Source: Marsupella aquatica
Lineage: Eukaryota; Plantae; Marchantiophyta
Reading direction: 5' to 3'
NCBI GenBank assembly: GCA_973895155.1
Contig: OZ316899.1
Location: 767,573 to 831,572 of the forward strand
DNA: 64,000 bases
In this document: positions 36,704 to 47,145 of the stretch, piece after piece
How positions within the stretch are numbered: position 1 is the first letter of the stretch
Layout of the letters: each line of letters opens with the position of its first letter
Notes under the pieces: model-generated
What the model was told of the DNA's origin: nothing
Database searches by the model: none
Seen by the model: only the letters and a program-made list of their open reading frames with translations
Position numbers and translations under genes: made by a program

Positions 36704-38011
36704 AGGTGGCTGCCCAAATCAAACTCGATGTACATTTTGATATTGGTATGGATCAAGAGAGTGAGGAGGACGTGAAACGCACCAGAGTAGAGGGTGCAAC
36801 AGAAGATGTAACTATTGAGCTAGCTCGGATTGAAGCAAGGATCTTCTAGAAGTGGAGAGGAGGTTAGAGAAGCCTTAGATTAGTTGAGTTGCATTGTATT
36901 TAGAAATTTAGTGGACTTAGATGCACACCTACAATGGATAGTGGCATTCTACTTAAGATTTTGAGTTTGCACAAACTCAGATCAAAGACCGTAAATTTTA
37001 TGTTTGTAATTAAGTATGGATTTGTTGTTTTTGGTAATTGTGAAAATGATGTTGAAAATATCCCAAGATTTTCATTGAAAGAATTATAATAGCAAAGTTC
37101 ACAAAACATGTTTCATTTTTATATGTTTTTTTAAAGCACTTTTGGAAAAATTATGAAAATCTTGAAAAAGGAATTCGGGCCTTGGACTCATCCCTTAAGG
37201 CTCCATGTTTATGGTGGAACACTCTATTGTCTATGATGACTCTGAATCTGCTTGAACTGCAAGTGGATGTGCTTTAAGGCAAACTCGTCGGAGAAATTAG
37301 AATGGGGGGACGGAGTTGTCAGTGCTTAGGTTGTGGCATTTTTTAGATTGTCAAGAGTAATCTGTGATCTCATTTCTAAACGGTTTGAGCTCCTCTGATG
37401 TGCATAGGAATCGGGCTGAGGAAAGCTTTTGGGAGCTATCATCGGAACTAGCTTTCGATCTATTTCTGTTACTTTTGAATTGGTACTTGGGAAGGCTTTG
37501 TATCGTTAAGCACTACAAGATTCACAGGCCAGACCTGCTTGCTAGTATGAGGGGCTTTGAAGGAACGTGTGGCCAGGGCTGATTAAGTATGGATTAATTT
37601 TGCATTGCCTGAGATACTGAAACTGCCACCCGCTTTGTTTCAGTGCGTTTGACTGCTTGCTCTTGCAACTTTGGAGCTGGGAGGGTGAGACAGAGGGTGA
37701 GACGGAGGGTGAGTTGTCTGTGTCGCTTACCTTTGCTCAAATTCCCCTTTGTGCCTCTCTGGCTTTGCTGCTACTGTGGGTTGTCTCTTTTTGATCTTTG
37801 TCCACCCACTTGTACTTTGTCCACCCACTTGCCTACTCAATCTAGTGAGTACAGCTTTGTCTCTGCGTATGTTTTTGCTCTCTTTGTCCCTCCCCTTGAA
37901 ATTGTGGGCCTTAAAAAGGTCAGTTGGCTTATGTAGTTTTTCTCCCCTCCGCGCATCTTTCAGCTGATTTTAACAGCTACTTCCCTTTGTTTTCGCTAAG
38001 ATCCCTCCCCA

Positions 38012-38039
38012 CTAAACCCTAAACCCTAAACCATAAACC
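38012..38039. repeat. Short degenerate interstitial telomeric repeat
   Basis: CTAAACCCTAAACCCTAAACCATAAACC. Confidence 0.7.
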
Positions 38040-38750
38040 TGCATCCTTTTCTAGTGTCAGGGGGGATCATAGCCTCCAGCCATACCTTGTGGCAGGCCTG
38101 GTCAAGATGGTGGTCTGTACTTTGTTTGCTTTCTATTGGCATGTTGACATTTGCTCTTGGAATGATCCCCGAAAGCTCCATGAGCAGTTTATGTTGAGAA
38201 TTCAGTTTATGTTGTTGTTTCCGTCATATGCAGCTTGCATTTTTGAATATATGTCCTGTCATTGATGATAGAGGGTGGTTGAGAACGGTTTTCTTTCTTC
38301 TTGGCAGTGGGTCAGTGTGTTCCCATCTTCCTGGAGCCTTGTCTGCTTTCTGCCACCGCCTAGTACCTGAGGTCTGAGTGGCATCGAGAACAGGGTTGGT
38401 ACCCATATCTCACCTGGTAATAAGGTGAGATATCTGATACCGCTCTCACACCTGCATAGCTGTGCCTATGACTATACATGATTGGACTCCAATATGGTCA
38501 TGGGTGTGCATGCAGAGGCGGTACATTTGAGGACAGCGGAGGAGGTGGTGACACCCTCCAACATTTAGGAATTTTGTGTCATTCACTTGAAAATAGGTAC
38601 ACTACTCAAGAACCTATTTTTTTCTTTTGGGGTGGTTTAGGGTTTGTGTACATTTATTACACGTTATGTTAACTCTTTTGGCAGATACAGTTAGGGATAT
38701 ATGGAACACAAATACCACCATTAGGCATCCTTGTTCATTGCTGTCCATGA

Positions 38751-41485
38751 TTGCAGAGATTCCAGCCTGTTACAATGCACCCTGGTCACCACCCTCCCCA
38801 AACCCAGCCTAGGGCACAGGCATTGCCTTTGCATCATCCCACAAGGATTTCACGCCATGACAATAAGCTTTGGCAGCGTGAAAGGTTACAAACCAGACTT
38901 TCAAGAGCCAGTAGGATGAGATGTCCTTGTGCAATCTGCCAAGGATCCCGTACCAGGGGTCTGAATGAGGTTTGGCGGCATATCGTGGTTCATGGAAGAG
39001 ATCCACGACATTGAGTTTGGAATGATCCTGCAGAGGAAGATTCTTCCGACGAGGAGTGGAGGTCAGAATTTGATGTTGCCAATGCTGCAAGACGGGCAAG
39101 TGAGGTTCTGCCTGGTGCATTTGAAAATGTTGTAGTTGGTCTCTGTGGGTTGTCAGCCCTCCAACGGGATGGTGCTCAGGCAACACCACGTGACAAAGGA
39201 ATTCATGTGGAAGACATGGTGAGAGACATCTTCCAAGACTTGGATGCATTTCACAATGGGCTGGACAACGAAGAGGATACGGTTGCAGATGCAAGTGTGC
39301 CCCCTGTTGAAGAGCCTCTTGATGAGTTTGAGATAGGGCAGGAAACCCTTGGGCATGATGGGATGTTTGGCTCTCCCCTGCAAATACAGGAAGGCAGGAA
39401 GTCTTTGTACCCCGGTAGCAAATGTTTTAAACTGGGATTTGTCACCATGTTCCTGAACATTTGCGGCAACCACAATGTCCCCAACATTTAGTTTCTGAGT
39501 TGTTGGCATTCTTGCAAACAACTGTGCTACCAGATGGTAATATTTTGCCCAAGAACATGTACGAGGCAAAAAGATGCATATCTAATCTTGGATTGAACTA
39601 TGATTCCATCCATGCCTATCCTGATGGGCATGTTCTTTTCAAAAAGGAGTATGCAGAATTGTTGACATGCCCTAAGTGTGGGAAGCACAGGTATCGGAAC
39701 TCAGAAAAGTCTATGGTTCCCGCCAAGGTACTTCATCATTTTCCACTCATTCCCAGACTCCAGCGGATGTTCAAAAGCCATGCCATCTTGGAGGTGATGA
39801 CTTGGGCAACTGACAAGAAAAGTGTTGATGGGCTACAACAACATGCTGCAGATTCAAGGCAGTGGAAACTCATAGATGAGATGTCTCCCAAATTTGCTGT
39901 TGAGCCAAGGAATGTCAGACTTGGGCTATCATTGGATGGGGTAAACCCATTTGGAAACAAGAACAACTAATTTTTGTGCTGGCCTATAACTATTTTGAAT
40001 TATAACCTTCCTCCTTGGATGACTACAAAATGATTTTTTGTTCTGATGGTCCTACTAATACCAAGGCCAGACAGTGCAGTATCTGCCAACACGTATGTGT
40101 TTCTGGCTCCCCTAGTGGAGGAATTGAGAAAGATTTGGGAGGAAGGAGTTCTCACATATGATGTCCTACAGAGGCTTGGGAGGTTAAACCCATTCATCCT
40201 TAGAGCCATCATCATTCTGACTATAACTGACTACCCAGCCCATGGGATGATATCAGGCCAAACAACAAAAGGATATTGTGCTTGTACTATCTGTGGGCGC
40301 AATGTCACCAGTGAGTACTCCAGAGCCCTGCAAAAAGTCATATACATGGGCCATCGTTGTTTTCCAAAGGCAGATCACCCTTATAGAGAAGACAGGCACT
40401 GATTGCACACTTTGGCAATGAGATTGAGCAATGTGGACCCCTGGCACGAGTGACCAAAGAGGAGATCAGGCAGTGGGGAGCACTGAGGGATGACTATATC
40501 AAACAAGGGGGTAGGGAAGATGGAGTGAGTGATCCAATAAAGCAATATGGTGTAAAAAGATAGAGCATATTGGACTTGGAGCTCAAGTATTGGAGGGTAA
40601 GCCTCTTGGAGTTGATGCTAATTGGGATACATGTTTTGGTTCAGAGCATGTGCATTCATTTTGAAGAGAGAGACTAAACTTGAGGCATTTGCTGACGCTC
40701 TGCATTGCAACGGTGCAGGAGTTTGAGCCAAGCAAACATAACATTGAGAAGAATATTTATGAGAGTCTACTCAGATTCTTGTGTGGAAAGAAAGACACTG
40801 GTTCTGTGAGATTGGATCTTGAATAGAGGGGAATGAAACCCCATCTTTGGTTGAGGCCACATGCCCACAGAGCTGATGTGCTCTTGAAGTACCAAGCGCC
40901 CTATGTTCTAACAGACACAGAGTGGCAACTATTTGTGCAGAGGTTGAGTTCTTTGAAGGTTCCTTCAAACTATGGCAGTGCTTTCAAGAAGCATATCATG
41001 ACTAGAAAGCTTGGTAGTATGAAAAGCCATGACTACCATATGTTGATGCAACAGGTGTTGCCTTTATGCCCGAGGCCTATTGCAAAAGCCTGTTTGTAAT
41101 GTGATCATGCAACTTAGTGATGTGTTTTGTCGTATTTGTGTGAAGGTTTGGGATGAAACCCACTTCCCACAACTGACCAAAGATGTCGCTCAGGTGCTGT
41201 GTGACCTGGAGATTTATTTTCCTCCAGCATTTTTTGATGTCATGACTCACCTACTTGTCCATGTTGTGGAAGAGCTACACCAAATTGGGCCTGTCAGTGC
41301 TCATTGGTTGTACCCTTTGGAACGGTACATGAAGCTACTCAAAGGTCATGTGAGAACATATTACAAACCTGAAGCAAGCATGGCTAAAGGTTACATTAAG
41401 CACAAGACTCTAGGATTTCTGACCGAATACATAGCACAATATGAGCATGTGAAGACCAGGGTGTGGAATTCTGATGAGGAGGAAG
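38751..41485 (+). pseudogene. CACTA/En-Spm transposase (TnpD/Tnp2-like), 5' part
   Basis: CPCAIC transposase-associated motif, HFPLIPRLQRMF, EPRNVRLGLSLDGVNPF, DYPAHG, KSHDYHMLMQQVLP, FPPAFFDVMTHLLVH, WLYPLERYM, PEASMAKGY. Multiple premature stops. Confidence 0.92.
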
Positions 41486-42873
41486 TGTGGTATGGGTGTC
41501 CCTGCAATTTTTTCTGGAAACTTGTTTATTTTTAGCATATCACAAGATTTACTTACACTTTAGACACCTTCCGGCCAACATTTACTTGTTCTGGACACTT
41601 ATAGAAATATTTGACATCTCCGGCTTTCCTGACGATTCCTAGTGTACTTTGCCCGACGCTGTGACCAGCGCCCGTTTCTTTTACTCAAGACGCTGCGGAA
41701 GCGTCCAACCTCCTCATGACGCTTTTGGCAGTGCCCGACCGCCACCAAGACTCTATGAGGATTTCGACCGACGCTGTGGAAAGCGTCAGCTTCAACACAC
41801 GACGCTGTGAGCAGCGTCCACCCTAGTATTGACGCTGTGAGCAGTGTGAGCAGCGTCCGTTGGTTTTACTTAAGACGCTTCTAGCAGCGTCCAGATTCTC
41901 CCGACGCTTCTAGCAGCGTCCGCTCAACACTTAGTTTTTGAAGTAGATTACTAGTAAAGTAGTATTCTACCACCCTTGTTGAAGTACTTATGCTGTGCTT
42001 CTCCCTTGTTTAGTTTTAAGCTTGGAAAGGCACGACTGTTCTTACCTCCTCCATTTTAGGATTCCAGCACTTATAAGACAGAGTAGAATGCTCATTTGAA
42101 GTAGAGAGAAATAGAGTTAATACTGTATTCAGAATTGAGTCTTCTGAATAGTTTTCTCCTCCTTCCATTGTAACAAGGCATGCTGTGAGTGTTTTGTATG
42201 GAAGTAAAGCTATATTGATTGAAGTTAAGATTGAATTCAAGAGATTCCTGTGGTGATTGAATTCAGTTGCAGATTTCTGAAACTCGTATTGAATTCACTG
42301 CTAGGCTTGCTTGCAGAGTCGGGATTCGCTAGCCAATTCAAGAATAGTTAATGATAAATGAGAAGTAAATTCTGATTCTCAGAGTAGTTAGTACTGTTGC
42401 TTTGATTCTGGAATATGGTTTAGAGTTTGACTGAATTGCGTATCGCTGATGTCAAACCATGTTGACGGCATTTTAAATCATATCATTCATTTGCAATCAG
42501 AAAGCTTCTGCTTCATCAGATTGAGAATTCCATTATCATTAACCTTTGTGTTTTGAAGAGTGAGATGGATGAATTATGAGATAGATTTCATGTCTATACT
42601 GAGCCCAAATCCTTTCTGAAGGAGTGGCAGTAGCTTGTAGTCTCTAAATCCTTACTCATTTCTTCTCTAATTCATAAATCAGAAGTTCAGTTACTTTGTT
42701 GTTTGTTTATTCGATTTTTTTTATTGAGAAGTGAAGTCAACATAGAGCTCAAGACTCTAAATCACTCGGAGTGATAAAAGTTATACAATTCATTCTGAAA
42801 TCTGTTCTTAAAGGGATCGAAACCCTGGTTTTAGGTGAGGAGAGTCACTTTTGATACTTAGCACTATACGACA
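41486..42873 (+). repeat. 5' LTR
   Basis: TGTGGTAT...ATACGACA, duplicated at 53643-55030. Confidence 0.97.
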
Positions 42874-42879
42874 TCTTTT

Positions 42880-42897
42880 TGGCGCCGCTGCCGGGGA
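42880..42897 (+). promoter_or_regulatory. Primer-binding site complementary to the tRNA-Asp 3' end (Athila type)
   Basis: TGGCGCCGCTGCCGGGGA, one mismatch to the canonical TGGCGCCGTTGCCGGGGA. Confidence 0.85.
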
Positions 42898-44091
42898 ACG
42901 AATTTAAGATTGAATTGACGTACAGGCAGTGTATGCCAGAAGGAGCTAGACGGGAGAGGAATTCACGTTCTACTATAATTGTGAAGATGCGTCATCACTC
43001 CAGTTAAAAAGATGAAGAGCTTCCATTTCGAGGTGATGCCGTACTCTATCCAAAGCGCCCCGGAAGCTCTCTTAAGAGTATTGGAAAAATTTGTGGTGCC
43101 AAACTTAAGAGAAGAAACCGCCCTCCCACCAGAAAAGGCCTCACAGAGAGGAGCTGTTGCTCGTCAAGTTGCTTTGGAGATAGTTGAAGACACCAAAGAC
43201 ACTTTGAGTGACAAGTGAAGTTATTCTAACGTTGCTCGGGACGTATGATTTGTAAAATTGTCCAACCATCCTGGTTCGTGTGACCGATGCCACCTATCCG
43301 ATCTTTGGGAACATTAAGAATTAGGAATTTGAGGAATCGTTATGTTAATTCTTGGGTTCTGAGCCTGAGAGGGAGGAATGGCATACATTGGTTAACTATC
43401 ACCTGGTGGGAAGATGAAAGTTTGCATTTAGTAATATTAAGGCTGAATGGTAGGATCACACAGGAGTGATATTTAGTCATTTCCATTCGGGAGTTAGCGG
43501 AAAGAATCATGCACCAGGAATTGCGTAGAAGATTAGGAAGGAGTTAGACGTCTGATTAGTAGGATGGCCTAGTGTAGCGTACCATGTGGTAAAGAAATTT
43601 CAGGGTGAAGGAAGTCGGAGATTATGGGGAACGCCCGGTTCCAGTAATCGCCACCGTAAAGGAGATAAGGAAGGACGCCGCGAAGAGCGTCCAATGCGAT
43701 TCGTCCCAGAAGATTCCGCAAGTCAGGACGCTTCGAGTAGCGTCCGATCCCAGTGGACGCTGTGAGCAGCGTCCGGTGGAATCTGTGACGAACCAACGTG
43801 CGCGACGCTTCTGGTGTGCCTTTCCGCGTCTCAACCTGAAGGACGCACCAGAGAAAACGAGGTTTTAGAATCTCGGCTGGTCACTGAAGGGAAGTATTAG
43901 CTACGGGATAGCAAGGGGGAGGAATCATGCAAGGGATGTTGAACGACGCTACGGGAAGTCACTTTGAGGAAGCAGGTTCATATCTCCCGGAGTGGGGTGA
44001 TAACGTCGCACCTAAATGGTGACTCCTTGCATAAAGACTCCTGAGGAGCGGGTCTGGTGTCTCAAAATCACCCGTGCTTGGAGAATGAGGG

Positions 44092-47000
44092 ATGTCTGAG
44101 GGAGATCCACCGAATAAAAGAAAACCTACCAAGACCTCCAGTAATTCGGATGCTGCAAAATTAGTAGTGACCCCTCGCACATTGTTACCCGAATTCCAGT
44201 CACCAGGAGCACCTGCACCGGGTAGTGTGTGGAAACAAGTGGGATCTATTCAAGAGGCAAGTGGCTCTTTGGAAAGGCCCACGTCGACCCGACCCCTGTT
44301 TGTAAATCTTCGTTCAGGTCCAAAACTTATTGGTTCTCAAAAGACCAAGCTCCGCCAGCAGACAGTACGTTCGGTGAACCAAATTGACTCTGGTGTGGAT
44401 AGTACCACTGAGAGGGCCTTATCTCATACCGAAGGAAGAAATTTGGGTTTGCCCGAGAATACAGTTGCAGAATCGCTGGCCCAAGATAATTCTGTCGATC
44501 TTTCACAATTGGATAATCCAGAACCACTGAGTGAAGCCGGTGGTTCGTCTTCTAGTGAGACAAGCAGCAGTTCAGGCTTGGGCAGCCCAAACCCATTTGC
44601 TACCCGATCAGCTCTTCCTTTCGTTACCCTCCTAGCTCCAACCACGATGGCTCGAAATAATGTGAGGTACGACCGGTTCTTCGGTACTTCCAAGGAGGAT
44701 GCAGAGGTGTATTTGAAAGAATTTGAAGCTGCAGCTGCATCCAATGGACAGAGTCAAGACGCTGAAAAAGCCAATCTGTTTGGTGGTCTAATGAAAAAGG
44801 GTGCTCAGAAATGGTATGACCGTTTTCCGGACAAGCAGGATTGGGGGAAATTGAAGGCTGCTTTCTTGGCCAAATATAAAGAAGAAGGAGCAGCTGCGCG
44901 TGCCTTTGCCCGAATCTCACATCTGCACATGAAGAAACATGGGTCTGTGAGGAAATATGCCGACAAATTATTGGATTTGGTAGATCAATATAATCCAGCT
45001 ACCTCGAAATCTACTATCAAGGACTGGTTTATTAACGGTTTACCCTCCAGGATTGCTCGTTACGTGAGACGAGAAGGTGGCACCACTTTGGAAGAAGTAC
45101 AAGAGGCAGCCCAGAAGTACGTAGACTCGGAGATTTCAGAGAGAAAACGAGTTAAGAAGGACCTGAAGAAAGACAAAAGAAAGAAGAAGAAAACGTCCAG
45201 GTCTAAATCTGACTCGGAGACGGAATCAAGTGGAAGTAGCACTAGTGAGGAGGACGAGAGTACAAATTCGAGCACTAGTGATAGTTCAAGCTCAAGTTCC
45301 GACTCAGAATCCGTTGCTCCTAAAAAGAAGAAATCCTCTGTAAAAGGGAATAATAAAGTTCCCAACCAGAAGAAGATGGATCGCATGATGGAAGAACTCT
45401 CTGGCCAATTGTCCAAGTTGAATGTCAATATCGCCGCGGTAAAACCAGTACGAAGGTTGCCTGCTCCCATGAGAATGAACGTATGGTGCACCCGATGCAG
45501 TCAGCAGGGCCATTACCCGAACGAGTGCCCCACATTATGAACCCCGGTGAATTATGTAGATGGTCAAGAAGAGGCTGAGGAGTATGAGTACGATCCCACG
45601 TATACCGTCCAAACAGCACCCCCTGGACAGTATTTCCCACCACCTCCTGCTTCCAGACCGACTTGGGGACCACCTAAGCCCACTTTCAATAAACCAACGT
45701 CAAGACCACCCATGGGACCCCCGGGAGGATACCCACCACGAGGAATGCCGCGTCAAAAAGGGGCTTGTTGGAATTGTGGCCAACCTGATCATTATTCACC
45801 CCAGTGCCCTTATCCCAAACAGGAGGTGGGGTATACACCTGTCTGTGGGAACTGTGGAAAAGAAGGACACTTACCGGTGGAATGCCCGAATCCGGCTAAG
45901 CCTAGGCTGATGGTTCGATTTGCTCAAGAGCCAGTTAAAGAAGCAAGTCGACCTGAAGCCAAGATTCGGATGGTTTATTCTGAAGAGATGGAGCAATGCA
46001 GCTTCATTCAACATATGGATGTAAATCGGGTGGAATTAAAGCCAGATTCACTTTTTCATCAACCAGTATCCGGGGTGGTGCCTGATGTCTTGGTAAGTCA
46101 TTTAGTGAAACCTGAAGTAGTTGGTATGCCGAATGATCGAGTTCAGAATCGGGATAAAGTTCTGACTAATATTTACGCAACTACTCGTTCGAAGAAAAAG
46201 GAGACCAAGAAGCACGAGCATCAGAAGGTCGCGAAAGCTCCCAAGGATGAAGGGCGCAAGCCATGTAAGGAAGGCCTCGACAAAGAAGACGACCCTGCTT
46301 ATGACCGATATGACCCAAAATACTTCTTGCCCGACATCTCTTTGGAAGTGAAAGACCATCTGGAAGAGCTAGTTAAGGAGCAAGTGCAATCTCCTAACCC
46401 ACCAGTAGTAGTCAAAGCTAAAGAGCCACTGAAAAATCCAGGTTATGATATTGTTGAAGATGTCAAGAATCATCCTGCACATATCACCATTGGGGAATTA
46501 TTACAGGACAATCCGGTTTATAGGCGACAGCTGAGGAGCCTCCTTGCAGGAAAACGGAGGAAGAAGAAGTTACCTTCGGTGGATGTGCTACGAACAGAGT
46601 GGGAGGACAAAGGACCGATGGAAATTGAGGTTCAAATCCAGGGGTGTGTCATTCGGAGAGTTCCTGTGGATGGAGGAGCCAGCGTTAATCTGATTACACA
46701 GTCAGCAGCATTTAATTTGGGTTTCACTAAGTTTGAGCCCACTCCCAAGATTTTGCGCATGGCGGATCAGTCTCGTGTGGTACCCATAGGGAAGCTGACC
46801 AGAGTAGAAACTTTGATTGCTGGTGTCCCTTTTCTGTTGGATTATGTGGTTATTAATCCGGAAATACCATCCAGCTTTCCTGTTTTGTTAGGCCGACCAT
46901 GGTTGTATAAGGCTCAAGTTCAGGTTAATTGGCAATCTCAAGAGCTTTCATTTGGGAAGCCTAAGGTGACTGTTAGTTGGGTTCCGGAACCACATTTTGG

Positions 47001-47145
47001 AGAAACACAAACAGATGATGGGTACACCTCGGATTTTTCGACCTCTTCGCTAGTCCTGCAGCCATTGGAATTTGAACTGGAGGAAGTTCGTTACTTGGAA
47101 GTTTATCTGTCTGATGCTCCCATAAAACCAACTAGGCCCTCCTGA
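44092..47145 (+). CDS. gag: Gag (retrotransposon gag domain, Ser-rich linker, three zinc knuckles) and aspartic protease; in-frame TGA at 45538-45540
   Basis: ORFs 44092-45540 and 45547-47145 share a frame. CTRCSQQGHYPNEC, CWNCGQPDHYSPQC, CGNCGKEGHLPVEC; VPVDGGASVN...VLLGRPWL. Confidence 0.9.

Noticed and set aside
33061-38000. Short ORFs as host genes
   Set aside because: No recognisable domains or consistent exon chain; region left unassigned.
38405-38433. 11-bp perfect hairpin (ATATCTCACCT / AGGTGAGATAT)
   Set aside because: Isolated, no associated boundary or TSD; not enough to call a Helitron end or excision footprint.
38600-38612. CACTACTCAAGAA as the CACTA 5' terminus
   Set aside because: Imperfect match, no partner TIR or TSD in the window and no subterminal repeat array; element ends remain undefined.
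41655-41920. Repeat array as CRISPR
   Set aside because: Eukaryotic LTR context, short variable palindromes, irregular spacing, no cas genes.
42016-42240. Identical 74-aa ORFs here and at 54173-54397 (likewise 24365/28491 and 24570/28696)
   Set aside because: Identity only reflects LTR duplication; no coding signature.
43012-43469. Short ORFs in the 5' UTR as an Ogre-like extra 5' ORF
   Set aside because: Fragmented, no recognisable domain; cannot be supported without sister copies.
45538-45546. Gag TGA as programmed readthrough
   Set aside because: Context TGA-ACC-CCG lacks CARYYA and the related 4-kb fragment has a sense codon here; more likely a nonsense mutation.
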